From positions 26,164,001 to 26,228,000 of the forward strand of contig OX597828.1 of NCBI GenBank assembly GCA_951406725.2: a stretch of DNA of 64,000 nt, read 5' to 3'. A program made the translations under genes and the position numbers. This document shows positions 16,024 to 31,124 of this stretch, in pieces. Numbering within the stretch: the stretch's first letter is position 1; each line of letters begins with the position of its first letter. Under the pieces are notes generated by a model. That model saw only the letters and a program-made list of their open reading frames with translations. It made no database searches and was not told the DNA's origin. The stretch comes from Octopus vulgaris. Lineage: Eukaryota.

Positions 16024-16136
16024 GCTGCTGCTGCTACTACTACTACTACTACTACTGCAATTCACAAAGTCTTGCCCTGAAATTTACGGCATACGACTGT
16101 ATAAGCTACACTTAGACAGGAGTTAAGCATCCTTTG

Positions 16137-16250
16137 AGACGGTGCTTGGCCTAGTGGTAAGGCAACTGAACTCTCGATCATGGGTTCGATTCCCGGGCCA
16201 GGAGATGCGTTGTCTTCTTGGACAAGAGTCTTTACTTCATCAAAGTGAGT
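16137..16250 (+). mobile_element. Degenerate tRNA-headed SINE remnant related to family D
   Basis: TGGCCTAGTGG A box, GGTTCGATTCCC B box, then ttcttggacaagagtctttac (compare ttcttgagcaagacactttat at 36.2 kb). Confidence 0.6.
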
Positions 16251-16287
16251 ACTACGACAAAAAAAATATCTCCCGGACCAGCCACTG

Positions 16288-16381
16288 CTTCACCGGTACT
16301 ACGGACACGTGATTAGAATAACGCAGTAGAGAATTGCAAAACGGATTCTTCAAGCCGAACCAACCGGCAGGATACCTAGGG
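16288..16381 (+). pseudogene. RTE-clade LINE C-terminal fragment
   Basis: LHRYYGHVIRITQ*RIAKRILQAEPTGRIPR matches the RTE GHVxRM...GxRxRGRP motif. Confidence 0.6.
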
Positions 16382-16848
16382 TTAAACCACTCGAATAATC
16401 TGTGACTTATCAAAGGAACGCTTTATATTACTTAGAAAGCATGAAAACAAACACCAACATTTAGGACAAACTTGTGAAAATGCTTTGGTCAAGCAAAGGT
16501 TTTAGATAGTGGGCTGGTATTTAAGAGGGATTCAGCTGCTATTTCTAAAGAGGTAACCACGTGAGATTATCTTGTTGTACTTGGCAGCAAAAAGTATTCT
16601 TTTAATCAAAGATGAACCACATCAAGCAGCCTTATGATGAAAGTAGGACTTCCGTTCAGTGGAACGGCTGTATTGTGTGCCACTCGGAACAGCCCCTGAA
16701 TTCCCACCCCACCCCACTCCATCCCAGTCCAGCAGACCTATAGGGTCTTATACAACAGACCCGAAAGGGCCATCCCCATAAGAGCGTCACCCGAGCGATT
16801 TAACAACAGACACCGTTAGAAAAAGACCCAGAGTTTAAAAAAAAATGA

Positions 16849-17002
16849 AGAGTGGCTGTGTGGTAAGTAGCTTGCTGACCAACCACATGGTTCCGGGTTC
16901 AGTCCCACTGCGTGGCATCTTGGGCAAGTGTCTTCTGCTATAGCCCCGGGCCGACCAATGCCTTGTGAGTGGATTTGGTAGACGGAAACTGAAAGATGCC
17001 TG

Positions 17003-17040
<38 letters not shown>

Positions 17041-17265
17041 TTGTGTGTCTGTGTTTGTCCCCCCCCCCCTAACATCGCTTGACAACCGATGTTGGTGTGT
17101 TACTTCCCCGTTACTTAGCGGTTCGGCAAAAAAGAGACCGATAGAATAAGTACTGGGCTTACAAAAAGAATAAGTCCCGGGGTCGAGTTGTTCGATTTAA
17201 AGGCGGTGCTCCAGCATGGCCGCAGTCAAATGACTGAAACAAGTAAAAGAAAAAAAAAAGAATAA
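16849..17265 (+). mobile_element. SINE family A, near full length
   Basis: Matches 6553-6960. Confidence 0.92.
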
Positions 17266-17756
17266 AAGAAAGAACTGGATGGATTTGTTCAACTAAAATC
17301 CTTGAATGAAATCGTTTGTTTAAAAACAAAACAATTTTTTTTAAAGCTGACAGTGTGTCGTAAGATAACACACTTTCAATATCTAACTCTCGGTGTCAGA
17401 GAAAACGGTGAAAATCGCATCGGTAGAAACTCCCGTGTTGGCCCGAAACAGTTCAGAGCGACAAGCAAAGCTCCCCTCGCTTCTCATCAGTTAAACTGTT
17501 TGTTATTCTTTTTTTTCTTCTTCCTTTCTTTTTGTTTCAGCCTTTATTAATGAACTGACGACTAAGTTCCACTCTCTATATTTTGGGTTTTTATTATTGT
17601 GTGCATGTAAGTTATTAAGTTTATGAATATATATTTATTCTTCGCCTTTTTGTTCATTCTCTTGGCATAAATCGATTTTTCGTCTTTAATAATATTTCTT
17701 ATCAAAGAATCAAACACCAGAGCAAGAAGAATATACGACTTCTTGTATTTGGTTGT

Positions 17757-17902
<146 letters not shown>

Positions 17903-18917
17903 CTGTCTGCTTGTCTCTATCTCACACTATTTCTTTTGTTCTCTCTCTCTCTTTCTTTCTCTCTCTCTCTTTCTTTTTCTCTCTTCCTTTCTTCTTCTCT
18001 TTTTCTCGCTTTCTTCTTTCTCTGTCTTCTTTTCTTTCTATCTGTCTTTCATCTCTCTCTCTCTCTCTCATCTCTCACTCTGTGTTCCTCTCCCTGTACT
18101 TTATGAAACGATGTAACCGAGATGACCTCAGCGGTTCCGTTACTTCGTACGATTGGAGAGGCAAAGGTCAGGCGTTGTGGATATGATATATTGGATTGCG
18201 GGTGAACTCAGGTTCGAAAAACAACCAACAAAAACAACTAAGAAAGAAAATATGAAAGTAAACAATTACTTATTACTCGGAACATTGCAAAATTAGGCGT
18301 CATTTTCTTGTTTGTTGGCTTTGAGAGTTTTAATGTTATTGTTTTTGCGCTTATTTATTTATTTGTCTTAAGGTGATCGAAAGAACGGAAGAATAAAAGA
18401 ATATAAGAATGTTTTGGTAAAGAATTAAGACTAAGGCAATAGAGGAAACGTAATGTTTTACTATAGTCCATCGGAGAATGTTGCTTTGGCCAAGTTAAAA
18501 GAAAGCAGGTGCAAGTTCTTACTATCGCATTATTCGCATTATCAATGTTTTTTTTCTTCTATGTGCATGTAATTTAGACACATTACCTGTCTCAGTTCGA
18601 GGAGGGTGTAGGGTAAGGAGAAGCGAAGGAAGATCGATAGAATCCCTACTGAACAACTAACCGAGATATCATCGGTTCGATACCTGCCACTAAGATCTTT
18701 AGTTCGCCACAATCAACCGCAGCGCAATGGAGATGATAAACCAAGAATCAACGCCTCTGCCAATATCTCTGTGAATGTAGTGTTTCTGAGATCTTTCTAG
18801 AATATATCAGTCGGGCAAGGCGGCACTAACCTTTGTGACATTACCGTGGCCCATTTCTCGTTTTATTTAAACTGACTTAAACTGAGTCACACCTTTTGTT
18901 CTACACTCTCTCTTTTC

Positions 18918-19126
18918 CTCTTTTACTCTTTTACTTGTTTCAGTCATTTGACTGCGGCCATGCTGGAGCACCGCCTTTAGTTGAGCAAATCGACCCCAGG
19001 ACTTATTCTTTGTAAGCCCAGTACTTATTCTATCGGTCTGTTTTGCCGAACCGCTAGGTGACGGGGACGTAAACACACCAGCATCGGTTGTCAAGCAATG
19101 CTAGGAGGACAAACACAGACACACAA

Positions 19127-19162
<36 letters not shown>

Positions 19163-19313
19163 ATATATACGACAGGCTTCTTTCAGTTTCCGTCTACCAA
19201 ATCCACTCACAAGGCATTGGTCAGCCCGAGGCTATAGTAGAAGACACTTGCCTAAGATGCCACGCAGTGGGACTGAACCCGGAACCATGTGGTTGGTTAG
19301 CAAGCTACTTACC
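18918..19313 (-). mobile_element. SINE family A, slightly 5'-truncated
   Basis: Reverse complement of family A. Confidence 0.92.
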
Positions 19314-19374
19314 ATAGAATATCGCTGTTATTGTTTGTGCTGTCATTGCTTTTCATCTTATGTGTGTGAGATTT

Positions 19375-20225
19375 AATAAAACTCCAACTATGGCTAATCA
19401 AGGAACCCACCTGATCCATGGTTAACCAAAGGCACGAACCCTCTCCAACTGAATGCTTAGAGTAGGGCCATTCACCATTTTGCCACGGTCACCCGTTTAT
19501 CGCAAATTCACTGGGAAGTAGCACTTCCCTCCCCACACTTACTTTCCTTTCCAAGTGGAACTGAAAAAAGTCCATTAGAGCTTGACCGAAGAGGAAGTTG
19601 TCTTTCCTCTACCCTTTCAGTCTCATCCACCGCACAACCTCTTTCCCCTACAGCCATTTGACAGGGGAACATCGCCTGCCCTGCCTTGTTAAAAGTGGGT
19701 AGTGGGACGATCTTCATGATGGATTCAGCTGGATTCGTCCTACACGCGATAACAGGGTTGGCAAAAGCGTTGTGGTGGACAACGAAATACCTGGCTGATG
19801 ACGGTCAAGGCTGATCTGGAACCCAACCTAGGCCCCCATATCTACGGCGTTCGCCGCTGGAATAAGGAATGGTTGGAGATCACGCGGTCGTTAGCCTCAA
19901 ATCGCCAGGCCTGGTCGGCGTTTGTGAGAGATGCAGCATTGAGGATAAATGAAGCCAGCTCAACCCACCCTGGGTGAATGCTGTAAGAAGAAGAAGAAGA
20001 AGAAGAACAGTTGATCGACATAAATCCATAAGTCGGCAATACTCGGACACTGTACAAGCGAGTGTAGAACGGCTCCGTCGCTCTGCACACATCTTGGACA
20101 GACCCACTTGGCAGCGCTACCGTGCCTGTAGAGTTCATCTCGAACAGCAGTGCTCCTCGGTAACACTGATTGGCTAGAGATTTCTGGAAGCTGTCCATGG
20201 TAGTACCAGGCCCGAAAGTCCTCCG
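19375..20225 (-). mobile_element. L1/Tx1-like LINE 3' fragment (CCHC zinc-finger region), interrupted by an RTE insertion
   Basis: VRDELYRHGSAAKWVCPRCVQSDGAVLHSLVQCPSIADLWIYVDQLLSRV...FLFGQALMDFFQFHL; homologous to 49263-49950. Confidence 0.75.
19756..20005 (+). mobile_element. 5'-truncated RTE LINE 3' end with (AAG)n tail
   Basis: Open frame GWQKRCGGQRNTWLMTVKADLE...YGVRRWNKEWL...ASNRQAWSAFVRD...PG*; aacag duplicated at 19751-19755 and 20006-20010. Confidence 0.8.
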
Positions 20226-20407
20226 AAAGAGACCAGTTAGTTCATTCTCGTCAACGCCGAGATTTTCTCAGAGAACGCCATTACTCACACCCACCACTAG
20301 AGTTCTATATATGGCTAATGTATAACTTCCACCGACCACATTCACCGACTGATAGAAGGCATTGGGTGCCTGATGACGTTTCGGATACCAATAGTAGTAA
20401 TAATAAC

Positions 20408-20500
<93 letters not shown>

Positions 20501-20502
<2 letters not shown>

Positions 20503-21049
20503 TGCAGTACCAGGCAGTGGCTCTCATGGCTTCTGATCTTAACTGATTGGAAGTGTTATAATGTACATTGTTTTGTCTTGGTATAAAAGATGGGCTACAG
20601 CAAATATTCTGCTCAATACCACAGATTTGCTTGTCAGTTGTTTGACCTTAACCAGTTGAGCATGTCCCTTAGTGGCTGACGATATGTGCATCTCTGATCA
20701 CGAGCAGAAGTAGTGGGGGAGCATCATAGCCATGTGTTGAGAGGGATTCTTTGGGGTTTGAATAATTCACCTCTGGAAACATGGGTGGTTCTTTCAACAT
20801 CCTTAAAAACCCCTCATTCAGGGACCTTTTGAGCGGGATGGGCTACTCAACCTGAAGAAAATTCTAACTGGGCCCCACCTGCAAGGTTATGTGCTGTTTA
20901 TTTTGATATGAGATCACTATGTCGCGCACATATGGTTGTGATGCATGTGCCTGGTGTACCCTTATCAGACAGGTAGTCATGATGGGTATATTGGGCTTCG
21001 TATATTTTACCCCAGTGTCACTTTGATGGCATGAACTGCTCTCTCACTC
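20501..21049 (+). mobile_element. ~550-bp non-coding retroposon segment embedded in (AAT)n, copy 2
   Basis: Homologous to 2005-2521; (AAT)n on both flanks. Confidence 0.8.
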
Positions 21050-21111
<62 letters not shown>

Positions 21112-21229
21112 CAACAACAACAACAACAACAATAATAATAATAATAGTAATAGCTTATATTTGCCACAGGGGCAACAACTGAAACAACACCAAATTACAA
21201 GTCAGAAGACAGCAAGAAAGAAACAAGCA

Positions 21230-21295
<66 letters not shown>

Positions 21296-21633
21296 GCTAC
21301 TACTACTACTACTATATTTTATTTTAAAATTTGCCCGAAAACAATATTGCTAATTTTACTGTTGAAAATAATTTTGCTTTTTTTTTTTTTTTGGCGGGGA
21401 GACTTTGTTTTTCGTTATTTTTGTTTTAAAGAATGTGTTTTTGTTGTTATTCTTTAATTGTTGTCATTCCTGTGTTTACTCTTGGAGAATTTTTCTTTCT
21501 TGCTGTCGAAATTCTTGAGGAAGAAAACATTTATTTACATTTCTATGTTCCTTTTTTTTTTATTATTTATCTTTGATGGTGCAATTGTTCTTTATTGTTG
21601 TTGTCGTTTTTGGTGACGATGGTGTTGTTGTTG

Positions 21634-21665
<32 letters not shown>

Positions 21666-21801
21666 AGTAGTGGTGGTGGTGGTGGTGGTGGTGGTGGTGG
21701 TGGTGGTGGTGGTGGTGATGTTGTTACTGATATTATTTTCGTTGTTGTTGCTACTGCTGCTACTGCTGCTGCTGCAGCTGTTACATTTTTGCATGCACAC
21801 G

Positions 21802-21836
<35 letters not shown>

Positions 21837-22065
21837 ACGCGTGCGCAATCACCCATCTATTTCTAGCGATATAGATTTCACAGAATACTTCAGTGACGTT
21901 AAGATAATGTCATGTGACACAATGATATAAAAGGTAAAAAGTGAAAAATATGTTAATAATAATAATAATAAATAAAAAAAGATATCACAAATAAATAAAG
22001 CATGAAAATTTTATTAATTAATTATTTATTTTGCCCTTGGCATAAAACTATTAATAATAATGACG

Positions 22066-22129
<64 letters not shown>

Positions 22130-22319
22130 CGATGATGATGATAATGACAACGAGAAGAACAACAACAACGACATCAACAACCACAATAAAAGCAGCAGCA
22201 GCAGCGATAAGAACAACAACAACAACAGCAGCAACAGTGACTTCAACGGCGACAACAGCAATTAATATTTGTAAATACTGTCTAAAGTGTTGCACTTTGG
22301 AATGGAGTCCGCTACACTG

Positions 22320-22490
22320 ACCCTCCCCCAGTTACTGACTGGTACTTTATTCTATCGATCTGGAAAGGACGAAAGGTAAAGTTCACTTCGGTGAAATTTG
22401 GATTCAGAACGGGAAAAAAAGTATGAAGAAATGTGGCTAAGGCTAAGCATTTTGTCCGACGCACTAACAATTCTGCCAGCTCACCACCTC

Positions 22491-22522
<32 letters not shown>

Positions 22523-22603
22523 CGATGACGATGACGATGATGATGATGATGATGATGAGGAGGAGGAGGAGGATGATGAGGATGATGATGGTGATGATGA
22601 TGG

Positions 22604-22661
<58 letters not shown>

Positions 22662-22845
22662 CCTTTCTACTATAGGCACAAGGCCTGAAATTTCGAAGAA
22701 GTCGATTACATCAACCCTTGTGTTCAACAGGAACTTAATTCATCGGACCCGAAAGGATGAAAGGCAAAATCAAATCGGCGGAATTTGAACTCAGAACGTA
22801 AAGACGGACAAAATTCCACTAAGCATTTTGTCCGGCGCGCTAAAT
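22320..22845 (-). mobile_element. Two diverged SINE family B copies separated by an (AAT)/(GAT)/(GAG) tract
   Basis: gaaaggatgaaagg...ggaatttgaactcagaacg landmarks at about 22365-22410 and 22750-22800. Confidence 0.7.
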
Positions 22846-22923
22846 AATGTGCTGAGCTCCATGTTGTGACTTGACAGATAATTAAAGACTCTGGTGCATT
22901 TTTACCTACACTGTGTTTCGAAG

Positions 22924-23038
<115 letters not shown>

Positions 23039-23086
23039 AAGAAGAAGAAGAAGAAGAAGAAGAAGAAGAAGAAGAAGAAGAAGAAG

Positions 23087-24359
<1,273 letters not shown>

Positions 24360-24746
24360 TTGGTGGAAGCACTCCGTCGGTTACGACGATGAGGGTTCCG
24401 GTTGATCCGAATCAACGGAACAGCCTACTCGTGAAATTAACGTGTAAGTGGCTGAGCACTCCACAGACACGTGTACCCTTAACGTAGTTCTCGGGGATAT
24501 TCAGCGTGACACAGAGAGTGACAAGGCCGGCCCTTTGAAATACAGGTACAACAGAAACAGGATGTAAGAGTGAGAGAAAGTTGTGGTGAAAGAGTACAGC
24601 AGGGATCACCACCATCCCTGCCGGAGCCTCGTGGAGCTTTAGGTGTTTTCGCTCAATAAACACTCAGAACGCCCGGTCTGGGAATCGAAACCGCGATCCT
24701 ATCACCGCGAGTCCGCTGCCCTAACCACTGGGCCATTGCGCCTCCA
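24360..24746 (-). mobile_element. SINE family C (tRNA head), tail type 1
   Basis: Head ggaggcgcaatggcccagtggttagggcagcggactcgcgg...gtttcgattcccagaccgggc, shared with 52758 and 59085. Confidence 0.85.
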
Positions 24747-24893
24747 AATTTACGGTTATACCAATAATAATTGGAGCAATTGGTTTTGCAAGTAAATGCC
24801 TAACCGTTAGTCTGGATAAGCTTGGATTTTCAGAAAAAGCAATCAACCGCTTCGCACATACAAATACAGTCTGTTCGTGGAAGAGTTAAAACA
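24747..24893 (+). pseudogene. RLE C-terminal fragment, family-2-like
   Basis: KFTVIPIIIGAIGFASKCLTVSLDKLGFS compared with YKFMLIPVIIAALGYVTHYLNTKLEVLGFS at 54.5 kb. Confidence 0.6.
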
Positions 24894-24896
24894 AAG

Positions 24897-25425
24897 CGAA
24901 ATGCGTAGCCGTATTTCTGAGTTCAAATTCCGCCGAGGTCGACTTTGCCTTTCATCCTTTCGGGGTCGATTAAATAAGTACCAGTTACGCACTGGGGGCG
25001 ATATAATCGACTTAATCCGTTTGTCTGTCCTTGTTTGTCCCCCCTGTGTGTAGCCTCTTGTGGGTAGTAAAGAAATAGGTATTTCGCCCATCGCTACGTT
25101 CTGAGTTCAAATTCCTCCGAGGTCGACTTTGCCTTTCATCCTTTCGGGGTCGATTAAATAAGTACCAGTTATGCACTGGGGTGGATATAATCGACTTAAT
25201 CTGTCTGTCCTTGTTTGTCCCTCCTGAGTTTAGCCCCCTGTGGATAATAAAGAAATAGGTATTTCGCCCATCGCTACGTTCTGAGTTCAAATTCCGCCGA
25301 GGTCGACTTTGCCTTTCATCCTTTCAGGGTCGATGAAATAAGTACCAGTTACGCACTGGGGTCAATGAAATCGACTATCCCTCTCCCCCAAATTTAAGAC
25401 TTTCTGCCTATAGTAGAAAAGGAAT
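24897..25425 (+). mobile_element. Head-to-tail array of three headless SINE family B bodies (~180-bp period)
   Basis: ttctgagttcaaattc at about 24915, 25099 and 25279. Confidence 0.88.
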
Positions 25426-26168
25426 AACCAAACAATGCGAGACTTTCAACTTTGATAAAGTGACATTGTTTTCGTTCTCTACATTTCAGCGATGGAGCTT
25501 TGTCTCTTTGTAAGAAATCAGCTCAAACGAAGAATTTCAATAATCAAAAAGAGAAAAGAACTATACACACACACACACACACACACATATACACTGACAG
25601 ACAAAAAAGTATACATACATACATGCATACATATACACATGCGTATATGTGTATGTATCTTTGTACTTGTTCCCCACCGCCGTTTGACAATCGGTACTGG
25701 TTTGGTTACGTCCTCGTAACTTAGCGCTTCGGTAAAAAAGCAGCTGATAGAATAAGTAATAGGTTTAAAAGAATAAATAAGTCCCGGGATCGATTCGTTC
25801 GACTAAAATCCTTCGAAAACCCATAGTCCAATGACTGAATCAAGAAAAAATTAAAAGGTATTTAGTTTTATTGAACTCCTGCAAAGACGTTAACCATTGC
25901 TAAAAGTTGAAGAGACAAAATGAAATAAAGGGAGATAATTACACAGTGCATGGCATTACGTGCTGGCCACCGCGGTTTGTGACTGGTATCCATTTTATTT
26001 ACGAAGGGAGGAGGGGAGAGAGGGAGGAGGGGAACAGAGGTCGTTTGAACGCAAGATAAAAAAAAAAGATCACAGCTGTTGAGATTAATGGCAACGTGGG
26101 AATGTAACATAAAAATATTGTAATGATTTGGAGAAAAATAGAAAGACGAGAGAGAACGAGAAAGAGAA

Positions 26169-26208
<40 letters not shown>

Positions 26209-27002
26209 AGGGAGCAGTGGAAATGAGAGAATGAAAGACATGTAGAGGAAAGTTAGATGGGAAGAGTTAGAGCGAGCGAGAAGAGAGAGAGAGGGGAACT
26301 GTGTGGGAACAAAAGAACTGGCGATAGGATAGGATAGGAAATAGTTCCAGATTAAGAATTTAAAGACTTGTTTTCCATATTAATACCTTCATGTATATCA
26401 CGGGTCCAAGTGGATGTGTGTGTGTGTGTGTGTGTATACAGTAGTGCGAACACGCTATCTTTAAGATAGCATGTTTTACATTGGTTTGGTATTACTGTAT
26501 CATAAATTCTTGTACTGTACCTACGTAAGTATAGATAGGCCATGCATGAGGGAAGATGCTCCAGCATCGATAATGGAAAGCATAAAACAGAACTATAAGA
26601 TGAAATACAATTATACTAAAAGAGTGTGTATTTATAAGGCAATGAAAAATTAATACCTAAATACTGCCGATAAATTTTAATATAAGCACTACAGCTGTTC
26701 CTTACGTAACTTTTAATGAAGAATGAGAACATTACATCATTATAAAAGACCGTAATCATCAGATAAGAACATGATTTTTACAGAACGAAGAGGTATCCCT
26801 GGAATGCAGCGGAGATGTGTCTGTCGAGGCCGAGCTATAGAAAGGGAGACATCACTCAACCCTACCTTGAACATACCTTTCAAGTATCTGATTTTATCGG
26901 AATCCTCATTTTAATGATACACACACACACACACACACACACACACTACGATGCAATTTCAATGCAGTTAGTGTTAGTTACTAAACACAATATCATCATA
27001 AA

Positions 27003-27353
27003 TACCTATTTCTTTACTACCCACAAGGGGCTAAACACAGAGAGGACAAACAAGGACAGACAAACGGATTAAGTCGATTATATTGACACCAGTGCGTAAC
27101 TGGTACTTATTTATCCACCCCGAAAGGATGAAAGGCAAAGTCGACCTCGGCGGAATTTGAACTCAGAACGTAAGGGCAGACGAAATACGGCTATGCATTT
27201 CGCCCGGCGTGCTAACGTTTCTGCCAGCTCGCCGCCTTTAAGGAAGAAAGGCAAAGTCGACCTCGGCGGAATTTGAACTCAGAACGTAGCGGCAGACGAA
27301 ATACCGCCAAGCATTTCGTCCTGCGTGCTAACGTTTCTGCCAGCTCGCCGCCT
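27003..27353 (-). mobile_element. SINE family B, full copy plus a duplicated 5' half
   Basis: ctgccagctcgccgcctt occurs twice (about 27221 and 27337). Confidence 0.9.
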
Positions 27354-28177
27354 TATCATCATAAATACAGTTATCTTATTTACGTTTAGGTGTCGTCAAA
27401 AATTGAGCTGATTTCCTTCTCATTATTGTCATCCTTCTGCTGTAAACCGAACGGAAGAAGTATATTCATTGTTTATATATAACATGCAGTTATATAATTA
27501 AATATTGTTATATTCAAAATAAAAGACAAGCGAAGCAAGTTGATATGGAGATATATAGTAGCTATGTAATGTTAGTATTACTTATGGTAGGGCAGTGGAC
27601 ATACATACATAAATATGCCCCACTGAAATGGCTTCCTCATAACTTGCATAAAAATGCATATTTTTTTATGAAAGTTTCTATAAATATGCTTCAATTGGTA
27701 TAGATTTCGATAATATATGAATTTGTTGTGAAAAATGTATTTGAGGGTGGGGGTGCGTGGGAGTAGAGATTCGAAAAATTCACACGGTTCGAAGAAATAG
27801 GTATTTTTAAATGAAGAATTCGACAAATGCTTTTCAGAGTGTGCCAATTATATCAGAATTCGATAACTAAATAAAAATTGGTGGTGTAGCACACAAACGT
27901 ACTGACACACATCACCTTTTTGTTTCGAAAAATTTATGATCACAACAAATTCCAGTATAACCCGAAATCTACGCCATCGGAAGCATATTTGCAGAAAATT
28001 TCAATAAAATTCATATCCATGTTTCTGAAAGTTATAAGGAAAGAAATTCGCTGGGGCACATATGCGTAGGTATGTTTCAGCAATCCCTGGTCGATTATTG
28101 TGTGTCATTTCGCATGGGTTACACGAAGTCCATAGTAAACATATATTGTTTTAAATAACAACAACAACAACAACAAC

Positions 28178-28227
<50 letters not shown>

Positions 28228-28344
28228 AGTGCCTATGCAGCCACAAGGCGAAACTCGGAGTTGCAAGAGGATGACTCGAACAAATTAAACATATTAAACT
28301 CTACTATGGTATTGAGAACTCTTTTTTACTGACACTCACTCACG

Positions 28345-28395
<51 letters not shown>

Positions 28396-28399
28396 CCAC

Positions 28400-28530
28400 A
28401 CATTGTATCTAAGAGAAAAACTAGACGGGATGGTCATCACTAGAATATCATCTTTGATCATAAATCTATTCGGCTGAACGGGTGGTGAGAGGGGGAGAAG
28501 GGCGGAGAGGGGGGGCGCCAAACAACATCT
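28400..28530 (+). repeat. Old dispersed repeat (gacgggatggtcat...tttgatcata...); related copies near 7150, 37080(-), 41630 and 58320(-)
   Basis: Recurring motif agacgggatggtcat.gctagaatg.ctttgatcatag.tct.ttcg.tcag; class unknown. Confidence 0.5.
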
Positions 28531-28644
28531 ACAACAATAACAACGACGACAAAATTAAACAGCATTAACATCAACAACAACAACCACAACAACAACAACC
28601 ACAAAAGCAACGAAAACAAATACAACAAAATGAGCAAGAAGCAT

Positions 28645-28684
<40 letters not shown>

Positions 28685-28802
28685 GGCAGCAGCAGCAGCA
28701 GCTGTTGGAACAACAACAACAACAACAACTACAACAACAAACAACAGTAGCACTAAAAGCAGCCTCAACAGTAACAACAACAACAACAACAACAGTAACA
28801 GC

Positions 28803-28847
<45 letters not shown>

Positions 28848-29269
28848 GTCAGCAGTCATAATCACGAGGTCCATTACATTTTCAACGGCACGTCTTGCCT
28901 GGCTGTGCTATTGTCAACTCGTTGATGGAGGATAAAGCGGACTTAGTAACAGCTGCAAAGCTTCTCACAGTCACTGAAAAAGAAGAAGAAGAAGAAGAAA
29001 AGAAAAAAAAACACCACCGCCGCCACCGCCGCCATTGCCATCGTTAATACTAACACTCCCTCACCTACCAACTACTTCCACCACCACCACCACCACCACC
29101 ACAACCACTACTACGACTGTCACCACCATCGTCATCACAATTGGCTCTTGCTCTTCTCTTAGCAATAACATGGCCATTAGTACAACACCATCACCACAGA
29201 CGCAACCATCCCCGCCATTAACATTATTACAACCACCACCACCACCACCAACACCAACACCACCATCAC

Positions 29270-29314
<45 letters not shown>

Positions 29315-30841
29315 GAGTAGTAGTAGGAGTAGTAGTAGTAGGAGTAGTGGTAGTAGTAGTAGTGACCATACAGCTACCGTATAACGTTGCCAGGACCACG
29401 ACGACCACCACTACCACCACTACCACCACCACACTACACCGTTACCACTACTACCACCTCAACCACTGCCACCATCCCCACCCAGCAACACCGCTGACCA
29501 TTAGAGTTACTACCAGCACTGTCATTGCAACCATAAACATCACCACTGCCACTAAACAAGTACCATCACCACCACCACCACCACCACATCCACCACTAAA
29601 ATCACTGGCACCAATACTACGACTACTACTACTAATAATAATACTACTACCACTACCAGCATTATTGGCCACCGTTACCAATAATATCACCATGATCGCC
29701 AGTGCTTCTACCGCCGTTACCATGAACACCACCACCAACATGCTACCATTTCAGCCACTGCTGATCTCATCAAGCCAACGGTCATCAACTGCCAGCACTT
29801 ACCACCAACGCCACCAACGCCACCACAACGGCAGCCCTAACTCGGCTATCGAACAGACTTGCATTAATTCCGCCATTTCAACTTCCAAGAAAGGACATAA
29901 TTTCGGGAATTTGAGAAATCTTGAAATTCATTTAATTTTACCTCGTTTAGTTGTTCCACTCATTGTACTGCGGCCATCCTGGAGCACACCACCTTCAAGG
30001 GTTTAGTCGAACACAATGGCTTTAGTATAGATTTTTTAAAATCTAATACTTGCCGGTCACTTTTGCCAGACTGCAAATTTAGGGGGATGTAAACAAACCA
30101 GCACCAGTTGTCAGATGCTGGATGGGACCAAACACAAATACACACACACGCACACACATAAATACACACACACGCACATACATACATACATACATACATA
30201 CATGCATACATACATACATACATACATACATACATACATACATACATACATACATACATACATACATACATGCATACATGCACACACACGCACATACATA
30301 CATACATACATACATACATACATACATACATACATACATACATGCATGCATGCATACATGCACACACACGCACACACATACATACATACATATATACATA
30401 CATACATACATACATACATACATGCATGCATGCATACATGCACACACACGCACATATATACATACATACATACATACATACATACATACATACATACATA
30501 CATACATACATACATACATCAGCGTCAAGCAATGATTACGACTAAACGAACCTTAGGTTAGTTAAAATATGTTTGCGACATATTTTAGCTTCCAAAGGCA
30601 AAATTGCTGCAGTTACCGTCGTGGAAAAATACTCTCTCATGATAAAAAAAAAATGTGTAAGAACATCACAAGAGGACTTTTTCTCTACAGTAACTGCAGA
30701 GAATTTGCCTTTAGAAGTTAAAATGTATTTTAACTAACTAACAGTTCATATATATATATATATATAGTATGTGACCTCGTGAAGACCACTTGCATTTTTT
30801 TTCCCTCTGTCCTCCCACCTCGGGATCTTTCTTTCTCCTAT

Positions 30842-30876
30842 GTTTCCGACGAAGAGCTCCGCTCGAAACGTCATAC
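30842..30876 (+). ncRNA. Minimal type I hammerhead motif in a Penelope-like short repeat (30767-30972)
   Basis: gttt-CCGACGA-a-gagc(tcc)gctc-GAAAC-GTC-atac. Confidence 0.7.
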
Positions 30877-30968
30877 CCTCCTTCTTCCCTTTTTTCCTGA
30901 GCGCCCAATAATACTTTATTTGTTCCACATCCTCGCGTTGTTGTCTTTTTGTTTTCTTATTTGGATTA

Positions 30969-31051
<83 letters not shown>

Positions 31052-31052
31052 G

Positions 31053-31121
<69 letters not shown>

Positions 31122-31124
31122 GTA

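Noticed and set aside
20365-20392. ctgatgacgtttcgg: HHR-like words on both strands
   Set aside because: No stem II or complete core on either strand; at most a truncated remnant.
29035-30006. 323-aa Thr/Pro/His-rich ORF, mucin-like at first sight
   Set aside because: Degenerate (ACC)/(TAG)/(ACT) repeats running into a SINE fragment; no domain and a non-ATG start.
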